Source of the DNA: Longivirga aurantiaca
Lineage (GTDB): Bacteria > Actinomycetota > Actinomycetes > S36-B12 > CAIYMF01
Assembly (NCBI RefSeq): GCF_042660085.1
Contig: NZ_JBHSTI010000008.1
Coordinates: 1,779,876-1,811,875, forward strand
Length of the DNA: 32,000 bases
Reading direction: 5' to 3'
Part shown: one piece after another, positions 8,482-19,869 of the stretch
Layout: each line of letters opens with the position of its first letter
Position numbering within the stretch: position 1 is the stretch's first letter
Translations under genes and position numbers: made by a program
The notes under the pieces: model-generated
What the model saw: only the letters and a program-made list of their open reading frames with translations
The model's database searches: none
Told to the model about the DNA's origin: nothing

Positions 8482-10083
8482 TCAGAAGCCTCCGATGATC
8501 GGGGCGAGGACGACCTTGACGATCATCGCCACCGGGTAGACGAGCGCGTAGCCGAGGTTCACACGCGGATCGGCGCGTGTCACGTCGTTGGCGTAGGCCA
8601 GCACCGCGGGCTGGGTCTGGGTGCCCGCCATGACACCGGCCAGCGTCGCCCCGTACGCCGCCGACACGCGCCGGGTGGCGATCAGGCCGACGGCGACGAG
8701 CAGGGTGACCACCGCGCCGGTCGCGAGCAGCCGCGGGCCGAGGTCGCTCGCCAGCGCGTCGGCGAGCGCGGCACCGGCGTTGGATCCGGCGTAGGCGAGG
8801 AACATGAGCATGCCGAGCTGGGTCAGCGTGGCCGAGACCGAGTGCGGCAGCGACCAGAGCACCGGTCCGGTGCGCTGGAGGCGACCCACGACGAGCCCGA
8901 CCAGCAGCGGGCCGCCCGCGATGCCGAGGGACACCACGGCGCCTCCGGGCAGCGGCACGTGGATCAGGCCGACGAGCAGACCGATGCCGAGGCCGAGGAA
9001 GAGACCGACCGGGTTGATGTCGGTCGCGCCGCGCTCGGAGTCGCCGAGGTGCTTGGCGACCTTCGCGATGGCCTCGGTCGGGCCGACGACGCGGACGCGG
9101 TCCCCCAGGGCGAGCACGAAGTCGTCGGTGGCGAGGATGTCGATGTCGCCGCGGCGCACACGGGTCGCCGTCACATGGAACTGGCCGGGGAGGTCGAGCT
9201 CGCCGATGGTGCGGCCGGCGATCGCGCGGTTCGACAGCGCGATGCGGCGGTAGTCCAGCGCCGTCCGGTCGGCGACCAGCCGCACCGTCGACAGGTGGCC
9301 GAGGTCGGAGACCACGCGCTGCACTGTCGGGCCGTCGCCGACCACGGTGATGATGTCGCCGCGCTGCGGGCGGTAGGTCGACACCGGCAGGTCGAGGGTG
9401 CCCGGGTGCCCGGGCTCGTCGCCGGTCATCAGCCGCGAGAACACCACGTGATGCTCGTAGCGCTCGGCGAGCGCGTCGAGGTCGGGCAGGTCGTCGAGGT
9501 CGACGCGCACCGACGCGCGCTCGAGCTGGGGCGGAGGGGCGCTGCGGTCGGCGGTGTCGGCCGGGGCCTTGGTCCGGGCCGCGATGCCCGCGGCGACGAG
9601 CATGCCGAGGACGCCGAAGAGGTAGGTCACCGAGTAGCCGACGATGGGCTGCTCGGACTGCAGCCGCTCGGTGCTCGCCGCGAGCGCAGGGGTGTTGGTG
9701 AGCGCACCGGCGTACACGCCGGACAGCACCGGGCCGGACAGCCCGAAGAGCGTGCCCGCCGCGATGGTGACGCCCGCACCCGCCACGAGGAGCGCCGCGA
9801 CGACCACGATCGTGCGACCGCCCGTGCGCAGCGCCGAGAAGAACGACGGGCCCGCCGCGACGCCGATGGCGTAGGCGAACAGCACGAGGCCGAAGGTGCC
9901 GACGATCTGCGGGAGCTTCAGCCGGTCGTCGTACGCCGAGAGCGCGAGCGCCAGGAAGAGCACCGCGGCGGGGCCGAGCGAGAAGCGCTTGAACGACAGC
10001 GCGCCGACGGCGCTCCCGACCGCCAGCAGCAGACACAGCAGGACGAGCGGGTTGTCGGCCAGGAGGTCTGCAAACGCTTTCAC
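8482..10083 (-). CDS. aspartate:alanine exchanger (AAE, YidE/YbjL-type) family transporter with central TrkA-C/RCK_C domains
   Basis: 533 aa, GTG start. Duplicated 5-TM halves (N: MKAFADLLADNPLVLLCLLLAVG...; C: INPVGLFLGLGIGLLVG...) flank a soluble region with two RCK_C-like segments (RGDIITVVGD; LGDRVRVVG). This architecture is typical of the AAE family. Confidence 0.85.
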   Translation of the reverse strand: MKAFADLLADNPLVLLCLLLAVGSAVGALSFKRFSLGPAAVLFLALALSAYDDRLKLPQIVGTFGLVLFAYAIGVAAGPSFFSALRTGGRTIVVVAALLVAGAGVTIAAGTLFGLSGPVLSGVYAGALTNTPALAASTERLQSEQPIVGYSVTYLFGVLGMLVAAGIAARTKAPADTADRSAPPPQLERASVRVDLDDLPDLDALAERYEHHVVFSRLMTGDEPGHPGTLDLPVSTYRPQRGDIITVVGDGPTVQRVVSDLGHLSTVRLVADRTALDYRRIALSNRAIAGRTIGELDLPGQFHVTATRVRRGDIDILATDDFVLALGDRVRVVGPTEAIAKVAKHLGDSERGATDINPVGLFLGLGIGLLVGLIHVPLPGGAVVSLGIAGGPLLVGLVVGRLQRTGPVLWSLPHSVSATLTQLGMLMFLAYAGSNAGAALADALASDLGPRLLATGAVVTLLVAVGLIATRRVSAAYGATLAGVMAGTQTQPAVLAYANDVTRADPRVNLGYALVYPVAMIVKVVLAPIIGGF

Positions 10084-10199
10084 GACTCGAGCCTAGGCCG
10101 CAGAGGGGACGGATCGCCCGGGGCGCGGTGCGGAGTTGCCCATGTCTCACTCGATCCTCTGGCCGTGCGGATCCCCCACCCTAGGCCCGCGCGCCGGCC

Positions 10200-13748
<3,549 letters not shown>

Positions 13749-13959
13749 GGGCGCGCCCTCCACTTCTCACCGACGACGGCGACCCCTCGGCCCCTGCTTG
13801 GAGGCAGGCCGCGGATCGCCCTCCGGGTGGGACCGTGCTGCGCAGGGCAGGGGGAAGGCGGCGTCCCGGAGGGCTCTCACCCTAACCCGCGGCACCGACG
13901 GCTCCGGGGCCGCCCGGACGGATCCCAGGTGGCTCGGCGTGTCGGTGATCTTGCTCGGG

Positions 13960-14835
13960 TCAGGGGGCGCCGAGGGCGTCCAGCTCGGCGTAGGTGGGGT
14001 CGTCCAGGACGAGCTCGGCCGCGCGGCAGTTGTCCTCGACGTGCGCGAGCGACTTGGTCCCGGGGATCGGCAGCATCACGGGGCTGCGGCGCAGGAGCCA
14101 TGCCAGCGACAGCTGAGCCGGGCTCGCGCCCGTGCGCTCCGCGATCGCCCCGAGCGGTCCGTCGGGCGCCGCGATCTGGCCGCTCGCCACGGGGAACCAC
14201 GGGATGAAGCCGATGCCGTGCGCCTCGCAGTGCGAGAGCAGCGCCTCGCTCTGACGGTTGGCGACGTTGTAGAGGTTCTGCACCGTGGCGATGGGCACGA
14301 TCTCCTGCGCCGCCTGCAGCTCCTCGACCGTCACCTCGGACAGCCCCACGTGGCGGACCTTCCCCTCCTCCACGAGGGCTGCGAAGACGCCGAGCTGGTC
14401 CTCCAGCGGCACGTCCGGGTCGATCCGGTGGAGCTGGTAGAGGTCGATCGTCTCGACGCCGAGGCGGCGCAGCGACATCTCCGCGCACTGGCGGAGGTAG
14501 GCCGGGTGCCCGACGACGGTCCACTGGTCCGGCCCCTGCCGGGTGAAGCCGGCCTTGGTCGCGATCCGCACGTGGCCGTACGGGTGCAGGGCCTCGCGGA
14601 TGAGGTCCTCGGACACGAACGGGCCGTACGAGTCCGCGGTGTCGATGAAGTCGACACCGAGCTCGACCGCGCGGCGCAGCACCGCGACGGCGCCGGCGTG
14701 GTCGTCCGGCTCGCCCCAGCGGCCGGCGCCCAGGATCTGCATCGCGCCGTACCCGAGCCGGTGGACCGGGAGGTCGCCCCCGATCGCGAACGTGCCGGAG
14801 GCGTGGACGGGCTGGGCGCTGCGCTCGGGGCTCAT
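13960..14835 (-). CDS. aldo/keto reductase family oxidoreductase
   Basis: 291 aa from ATG 14835: LGYGAMQILG...GVDFIDTADSYG...TKAG...LRRLGVETIDLYQLHRID...GLSEV...VQNLYN...PWFP...IPGT. These are canonical AKR motifs. The track extension to 15246 is antisense junk. Confidence 0.9.
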   Translation of the reverse strand: MSPERSAQPVHASGTFAIGGDLPVHRLGYGAMQILGAGRWGEPDDHAGAVAVLRRAVELGVDFIDTADSYGPFVSEDLIREALHPYGHVRIATKAGFTRQGPDQWTVVGHPAYLRQCAEMSLRRLGVETIDLYQLHRIDPDVPLEDQLGVFAALVEEGKVRHVGLSEVTVEELQAAQEIVPIATVQNLYNVANRQSEALLSHCEAHGIGFIPWFPVASGQIAAPDGPLGAIAERTGASPAQLSLAWLLRRSPVMLPIPGTKSLAHVEDNCRAAELVLDDPTYAELDALGAP

Positions 14836-14919
14836 ACCGGCATCCAACCGGATTCTGCGGCCCGCGCATTCCCCCGGCGTGGCGGGCACAGGTGCACCAC
14901 GATGTCGGGGGAGGACGAC

Positions 14920-15672
14920 ATGGCCGCGACGCCGATAGACGAGTTCGTCACGCTGTACGAGGACCTGCACCGCAACCCCGAGCTCCGCTTCCAGGAGACG
15001 CGCACCGCGGGGATCGTGGCCGACCGGCTCCGCGCCCTCGGGTACGACGTCACCACCGGCGTCGGGCGCACCGGCGTCGTCGGCGTCCTCAGCAACGGCG
15101 ACGGGCCCACGGTGATGCTGCGTGCCGACATGGACGCCCTTCCCGTGGAGGAGAAGACCGGGCTGCCCTACGCCAGCAGCGTCCGCGCGGTCGGCGAGGA
15201 CGGCACCGAGGTGCCGGTCATGCACGCGTGCGGGCACGACGTCCACGTCACGTGCCTGCTCGCCGCCCTCGAGCGCATCGTGCGGGGCGAGGCGGCCGCG
15301 GCCGGCGCGCCTAGCGAGCCCGAGATCATCCCCGTGATGTCGGCCCCCGCGGTGGTCAACGACCCCGACGCGGTCGCGCGCACGTCAGCGGTCCTGGCAT
15401 CGGTGGCGATGGTGGTCGACCCCGGGGTGGTCACGGGCAGCGAGGACGTGGGCATGTTCGCCACGGCCGCCGGTGCGCCGTGCGTCTACTGGCTGCTCGG
15501 CGGCGCCGACCCCGCGCTGTCCACCGCTCCCCCGCTCTCGGAGGAGTCCATGGCCCAGCTGCGCTCGGTGCCGTCCAACCACTCGCCGATGTATGCGCCG
15601 GCACCCGTCCCGACCCTCGCGATCGGCCGCGACGCCCTGGTCGCGGCCGCGCAGGAGTGGCTGGCACCGTGA
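14920..15672 (+). CDS. M20D-family amidohydrolase, internally shortened (likely non-functional remnant or pseudogene)
   Basis: 250 aa from ATG 14920, with GGGGAGGA 5 nt upstream (alternative ATG 14902). The N-terminal third is typical: LHRNPELRFQE, LRADMDALPVEE, MHACGHDVH. The C-terminal part is also typical: PAVVNDP, VTGSEDVG, NHSPMY. The whole middle of the fold is missing: no PxEE metal/catalytic motif and no dimerisation lid. I remember this family as roughly 380-430 aa. Confidence 0.7.
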   Translation: MAATPIDEFVTLYEDLHRNPELRFQETRTAGIVADRLRALGYDVTTGVGRTGVVGVLSNGDGPTVMLRADMDALPVEEKTGLPYASSVRAVGEDGTEVPVMHACGHDVHVTCLLAALERIVRGEAAAAGAPSEPEIIPVMSAPAVVNDPDAVARTSAVLASVAMVVDPGVVTGSEDVGMFATAAGAPCVYWLLGGADPALSTAPPLSEESMAQLRSVPSNHSPMYAPAPVPTLAIGRDALVAAAQEWLAP

Positions 15673-16292
15673 CCCCTGATGTCAGGGTCCGCCCGGCCCG
15701 GGCCGACGACGTCGCGGACCTGCTGACGATCTGCCTGCAGACGGGCGACGCCGGACGCGACGCCTCGTCGCTGCACTCGGACCCCGAGCTGCTCGGCCGG
15801 GTGTGGGCCGTGCCCTACCTCGACCTCGAGCCCGCGCACGCCTTCGTCGCGACTGTGGACGGCACGGTCGTCGGCTACGTGCTCGGAACGCCGGACACCC
15901 GCGTGTTCGAGGACCGCGCCGAGCGCCTCTACTGGCCCCAGCTGCGCCTCCGGTACCCGCTCGGCCCCGTCACGGGACGCACCGCGGCCGACGAGGACCT
16001 CGTCGCGCTCGTCCACGCGCCGCCGACGGCGCCTGCCGCAGTGGTCGAGCGCTGGCCGGGGCACCTGCACGTCGACCTCCTGCCGTCGGCGCAGGGGTAC
16101 GGGCTGGGTCGGCGGCTGGTCGGTCGCGTGCGCGGGTCGCTGGCCCGGGACGGCTGCTCCGGCATCCATGTCGGCGTCGACCCGCACAACGAGGCCGCGC
16201 TCGGCTTCTACCGGCACCTGGGGTTCGCGGACCTGCCGGCGACCCCAGGGGTCGCGTACCTCGGCGTACAGATGCCGCCCGGGCGGGAATAG
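15669..16292 (+). CDS. GNAT family N-acetyltransferase
   Basis: 207 aa from GTG 15669, overlapping the M20 TGA as GTGA: VRVRPARADDVADLL...VVGYVLG...HLHVDLLPSAQGYGLGRRL (acetyl-CoA Q/R-x-x-G-x-G/A motif)...NEAALGFYRHLGF. The track start at 15480 lies inside the upstream gene. Confidence 0.8.
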   Translation: MTPDVRVRPARADDVADLLTICLQTGDAGRDASSLHSDPELLGRVWAVPYLDLEPAHAFVATVDGTVVGYVLGTPDTRVFEDRAERLYWPQLRLRYPLGPVTGRTAADEDLVALVHAPPTAPAAVVERWPGHLHVDLLPSAQGYGLGRRLVGRVRGSLARDGCSGIHVGVDPHNEAALGFYRHLGFADLPATPGVAYLGVQMPPGRE

Positions 16293-16352
16293 GGGGCGGG
16301 GCATCGTCGTTGAGCCTTCAACCATCGACGACGACGAACCCAGGGGCAGCAC

Positions 16353-16781
16353 ATGAGCGACTTCCACGACTGGAACCAGCGGATCATCGCGGAGTTCCGC
16401 GCCAACAGCGGCAAGGTCGGGGGCCAGTTCGAGGGCGCCCCCGTCGTCCTCATGCACGGCGTCGGGCGCAAGTCCGGCAAGGAGACCATCCACCCCGTGA
16501 TGTACCTCGCCGACGAGAGCGACCCGGCGACGATCTATGTGTTCGCCTCCAAGGCCGGGATGCCCACGCACCCGGACTGGTACTGGAACCTCACGACCGC
16601 CGGTCGCCTCACGGTCGAGGTCGGCACCGAGACGTACGAGGCGACGGTGACCGAGCTGCAGGACGACGACCGTGACCGCGTCTACGCGACCCAGGCCGAG
16701 CGCTACCCGGGCTTCGCGGAGTACGAGGTGAAGACCGCCGGCCTCCGTACGATCCCGGTGCTCGCCCTCACCCGCGCCTGA
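16353..16781 (+). CDS. deazaflavin (F420)-dependent nitroreductase family protein (DDN/PNPOx-like split barrel)
   Basis: 142 aa: NQRIIAEFRANSGKVGGQFEGAPVVLMHGVGRKSGKETIHPVMY...ASKAGMPTHPDWYWNL...RDRVYATQAERYPGFAEY. This is the family signature as I remember it. Confidence 0.85.
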   Translation: MSDFHDWNQRIIAEFRANSGKVGGQFEGAPVVLMHGVGRKSGKETIHPVMYLADESDPATIYVFASKAGMPTHPDWYWNLTTAGRLTVEVGTETYEATVTELQDDDRDRVYATQAERYPGFAEYEVKTAGLRTIPVLALTRA

Positions 16782-16796
16782 CGGCGACGGACCGGG

Positions 16797-17723
16797 TCAG
16801 CCCTGGCTGATGATGTCGAGCGCGGTCTGCAGGTCGGCAGGGTAGGTCGAGGAGAGCTCGACCCACGCGCCCGTTCCTGGATGCTCGAAACCGAGCCGCG
16901 TGGCGTGCAGCCACTGGCGGCCGAGCCCGAGCCGCTTGGAGAGCACCGGGTCGGCGCCGTACGTCAGGTCGCCGACGCAGGGGTGGCGCATCGCCGAGGT
17001 GTGCACGCGGATCTGGTGGGTGCGACCGGTCTCGAGGTGGATCTCGAGCAGCGACGCGTGCCGGAACGCCTCGAGCGTGTCGTAGTGCGTGACGCTCGGC
17101 TTCCCCTCGGCCACGACCGCCCAGCGCCACTCGTGCTGCGGGTGGCGGTCGATCGGCGCGTCGATCGTGCCGCGGAGAGGATCCATCACGCCCTGCACCA
17201 TCGCGTGATAGATCTTCTCGACCGTGCGCTCCTTGAACTGGCGCTTGAGCGAGGTGTACGCGCGCTCGCTCTTGGCCACGACCATGAGCCCCGAGGTGCC
17301 GACGTCGAGCCGGTGCACGACGCCCTGGCGCTCTGCGGCGCCCGAGGTGGAGACGCGGTAGCCCGCGCCGGCGAGGCCGCCGACGACGGTGGGGCCGGTC
17401 CAGCCCGGGGACGGATGCGCTGCGACGCCCACGGGCTTGTCGACCACCACGACGTCGTCGTCGTCGAGCACGACCCGCAGCCCCGCGACGACCTCGGGCA
17501 CGATCTGCACCGCGACCGGCTCGCCGGGCATGACGACCTCGAGCCACTGCCCGGCCGACACGCGCGCGGACTTGCCCACGACGTCGCCGTCGAGCGTCAC
17601 CTGGCCGTCGGCCGCGAGGTCGGCGGCCTTCGTGCGCGAGAAGCCGAACAGCCGCGCGAGCGCGGCATCGACCCTCTCTCCCTCGAGGCCGTCGGGGACG
17701 GGGAGCGTGCGGACCTCAGCCAT
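16797..17723 (-). CDS. rluD: RluA/RluD-family 23S rRNA pseudouridine synthase
   Basis: 308 aa. N-terminal S4-like segment, then [27 protein letters not shown] (catalytic Asp), [11 protein letters not shown]. Sits 6 nt downstream of lspA, the conserved lspA-rluD pairing. Confidence 0.9.
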   Translation of the reverse strand: MAEVRTLPVPDGLEGERVDAALARLFGFSRTKAADLAADGQVTLDGDVVGKSARVSAGQWLEVVMPGEPVAVQIVPEVVAGLRVVLDDDDVVVVDKPVGVAAHPSPGWTGPTVVGGLAGAGYRVSTSGAAERQGVVHRLDVGTSGLMVVAKSERAYTSLKRQFKERTVEKIYHAMVQGVMDPLRGTIDAPIDRHPQHEWRWAVVAEGKPSVTHYDTLEAFRHASLLEIHLETGRTHQIRVHTSAMRHPCVGDLTYGADPVLSKRLGLGRQWLHATRLGFEHPGTGAWVELSSTYPADLQTALDIISQG

Positions 17724-17729
17724 GCGTCC

Positions 17730-18284
17730 TCACGCCCGCGAGCCGTCGAGCTCGACGCCGCGCAGCGCCAGCAGCACCATGAGCGCGCTCGAGCAGACGA
17801 TCGAGGCGTCGGCGAGGTTGAACACGGCGAAGTTCGGGAACGTGATCCAGTCGACGACGTGCCCCTGGAACAGCCCGGGCTCGCGGAACACGCGGTCGAT
17901 CAGGTTGCCCACCGCACCGCCGAGCAGGCCGCCGAGCGCGACCGCCCAGCCGATGCTGCCGATCTGGCGCGACTTGCGGATGATGAACACCGCGACGGCC
18001 GTGGCGATGGCCGTGAAGACGAAGGTGTAGCCGGTGCCGAAGCTGAACGCCGCGCCGGGGTTGCGCAGGAACGTCAGCGTGACGAGCCCGCCGAGCAGCT
18101 CGATCGGGTCCTGACCCTCGAGGTAGCGGATCGCCAGCAGCTTGGTCACCTGGTCGAGCACCACCACGGACACGGCGATGCTGAAGGTGAGCCGGACGAG
18201 GTGGCCCTGGCGCGGGGACGGAGTTCGCGCGGGGACGTCGACGGCCTCCGCCTCGGCGGGTGCTGGCTGCTGATCGTCCTCCAC
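17730..18284 (-). CDS. lspA: lipoprotein signal peptidase II
   Basis: 184 aa, GTG start. LDQVTK, RNPGAAFSF, GNLIDR, VVDWI, FNLAD (catalytic Asp boxes) and 4 TM helices. Confidence 0.9.
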   Translation of the reverse strand: MEDDQQPAPAEAEAVDVPARTPSPRQGHLVRLTFSIAVSVVVLDQVTKLLAIRYLEGQDPIELLGGLVTLTFLRNPGAAFSFGTGYTFVFTAIATAVAVFIIRKSRQIGSIGWAVALGGLLGGAVGNLIDRVFREPGLFQGHVVDWITFPNFAVFNLADASIVCSSALMVLLALRGVELDGSRA

Positions 18285-18332
18285 GGGACGCGAGCCTATG
18301 CGGAGCCCACCGATCCCGACGAACCGGACGAG

Positions 18333-19262
18333 CTAGCGGCGCTCCTCGAGCTGCTTGCACGACACGCAGAGCGTCGCCCGCGGGAAGGCCTGCAGGCGCA
18401 GCTTGCCGATCGGCCTGCCGCACCGCTCGCAGACGCCGTACGTGCCATCGGCGAGACGCGCCAGCGCGCGCTCGTTCTGCAGCAGCAGCTCGCGGGCGTT
18501 GTTGGCCAGCGACATCTCGTGCTCGCGCTCGAAGGTCTTGGTGCCGGCGTCGGCCTGGTCGTCGCCGGCTCCGTCGCCGGAGTCGCGCAGCAGGTCGGCG
18601 ATGCCCTCCTCGGCGTCGCTGATCTGGTGGTTGAGCCGGACGATCTCCTGCTCGAGCTCGGCGCGCACCTCGGACAGCTCGGACTTGGTCCACGGCGACT
18701 CGTCCTCGCGGACGGCGAGCTTGGGGGCGGCCGGCTTGGTGGGCCGCTGGGGCACCCGCGGCGCCAGCTTGGGCGAGGGGGGCTTGGGTGCGGGCGCCGC
18801 CTTGGCGGCCTTGGCGGCCTTGGGTGCCTTGGCAGGGGCGGCCGCGACCGGCGTCGCGGCAGCGGCCTTCGCGGGCGGAGCGGCCTTGACCGGTGCGGCC
18901 TTCGTGGCCGGCGCAGCCTTCGTGGCCGGTGCAGCCTTCTTCGCGGGCGCGGCCTTCGCGGGTGCAGCCTTCTTCGCGGGCGCGGCCTTCGCGGGTGCAG
19001 CCTTCTTCGCGGGCGCAGCCTTCGCGGGCGCAGCCTTCTTCGCGGGCGCAGCCTTGACGGGCGCGGCCTTCTTCGCGGGTGCAGCGGCCTTCGCGGGCGC
19101 TGCCTTCTTGGCCGATGCGGCCTTGGCGGGCGCGGCCTTCTTGGCCGGCGCGGCCTTCTTGGCGGGCGCAGCCTTCTTGGCCGGCGCGGCCTTCTTGGCG
19201 GGCGCAGCCTTCTTGGCGGGCGCAGCCTTGGTGGGTGCGGCCTTCTTCGCGGGCGCGGCCAT
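18333..19262 (-). CDS. DksA/TraR C4 zinc-finger protein with N-terminal histone-H1-like Ala/Lys/Pro repeat domain (DdbA-like nucleoid-associated protein)
   Basis: 309 aa. ATG 19262 is preceded by GAAGGAGG at 5-nt spacing. Residues 1 to about 181 are PAKKAA/PAKAA repeats. The C-terminus has a coiled-coil plus CERCGRPIGKLRLQAFPRATLCVSC (CxxC-N17-CxxC), the TraR/DksA finger. Position upstream of lspA and next to ileS matches, from memory, S. coelicolor SCO2075 (DdbA). Confidence 0.8.
   Translation of the reverse strand: MAAPAKKAAPTKAAPAKKAAPAKKAAPAKKAAPAKKAAPAKKAAPAKAASAKKAAPAKAAAPAKKAAPVKAAPAKKAAPAKAAPAKKAAPAKAAPAKKAAPAKAAPAKKAAPATKAAPATKAAPVKAAPPAKAAAATPVAAAPAKAPKAAKAAKAAPAPKPPSPKLAPRVPQRPTKPAAPKLAVREDESPWTKSELSEVRAELEQEIVRLNHQISDAEEGIADLLRDSGDGAGDDQADAGTKTFEREHEMSLANNARELLLQNERALARLADGTYGVCERCGRPIGKLRLQAFPRATLCVSCKQLEERR
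18864..19256 (-). repeat. in-frame tandem DNA repeats (18-nt KKAAPA units, then 33-nt KKAAPAKAAPA units) inside the DdbA-like CDS
   Basis: Direct reading: gccttcttggc[c/g]ggcgc[g/a] units iterate about 5 times at 18-nt period (about 19130-19250), then an approximately 33-nt period (gccttcttcgcgggcgc[g/a]gccttcgcgggtgca) about 4 times (about 18930-19070). Degenerate copies continue to about 18864. Confidence 0.85.
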
Positions 19263-19376
19263 GGCCGCCTCCTTCGGTTCCGGAGCGGACCCCCGCCCGC
19301 CGGGTCACCGTCCGACCAGCCTGGTGGAGCGCTCGTCGCCGGTGCACTCGCCCAGCCGGTCCGGACAAGTCACGTG

Positions 19377-19405
19377 AGGGTAGGTGCGAGCCGGTTCATG
19401 ATCAA
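19377..19405 (-). promoter_or_regulatory. candidate sigma-70-type promoter for the DdbA-like/lspA/rluD unit
   Basis: Minus strand reads TTGATC (19405..19400), a 17-nt spacer, then TACCCT (19382..19377; fits the actinobacterial TANNNT -10). It lies about 110 nt upstream of ATG 19262, in the 186-nt gap after DUF167. Sequence match only. Confidence 0.25.
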
Positions 19406-19448
19406 GACGGCGCGCCGTTCGGACCCGCACGGTGACCAACGTCGCAGG

Positions 19449-19751
19449 TCAGCGGGCCGTTCCCGCACCGAGCACGGCGATCCGGGCGGTCAGATCGGCC
19501 GGAGGTTGCCGGATTTCGAGCAGTTTGTCCCGACTTGTCGCTCCGCGCAGCAGGGACACCTGGTGGGGGCGTACGCCGAGGGCCGCCGCGACCGCCCGCA
19601 GGACCGCGTCGGTGGCCGCGCCGTCGACCGCGCGGGCGCTCACCGCCACCACGAGCGGTGCGTCCGGGCCGTCGCCGTACCTGCCGCCGACCCGGGTGCG
19701 CGAGGCCCCGGGCCGCACCCGGACGGCCAGGGTGACGCGCTCGGGATCCAT
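19449..19751 (-). CDS. DUF167 (YggU/UPF0235) family protein
   Basis: 100 aa: VRVRPGASRTRVGG...LVVAVSARAVDGAATDAVLRAVAAALGVRPHQVSLLRGATSRDKLLEI. Matches the YggU pattern (V.PGA, PP.DG.AN, G..SR.K...I). Confidence 0.8.
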   Translation of the reverse strand: MDPERVTLAVRVRPGASRTRVGGRYGDGPDAPLVVAVSARAVDGAATDAVLRAVAAALGVRPHQVSLLRGATSRDKLLEIRQPPADLTARIAVLGAGTAR

Positions 19752-19869
19752 ACCTGCAAGCCTGGCACCTCCCGCGCCCGTTACCCTTCACCTCGAGGTC
19801 CAGGCACGGCGACGACGGGGACGAGTAGTCCCGCACGCAGCCACGAGCGACCCGGGGACGGTGCGAGCC

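Noticed and set aside
10084-10199. Two CCTAGG-containing segments (about 10091 and 10181) plus a near-palindromic GGCCCGCGCGCCGGCC right after the dnaE stop, considered as a long-range stem, riboswitch or terminator for the transporter leader.
   Set aside because: Pairing is limited to the 6-7 nt palindromic core with non-complementary flanks. The 16-mer palindrome leaves no loop. Nothing resembles a riboswitch class known to me.
16293-16352. Imperfect inverted repeat (TTGA-GCCT-TCAA flanked by GTCG/CGAC) between the GNAT and nitroreductase genes, considered as a terminator.
   Set aside because: Only 4+4 bp, interrupted by a 4-nt bulge, and AT-poor. It is too weak to support.
18864-19256. 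Regular short DNA repeats considered as a possible CRISPR array or non-coding satellite.
   Set aside because: The repeats are contiguous with no unique spacers. They are in frame and encode PAKKAA/PAKAA units of one ORF that has a strong SD and a C-terminal DksA/TraR finger.
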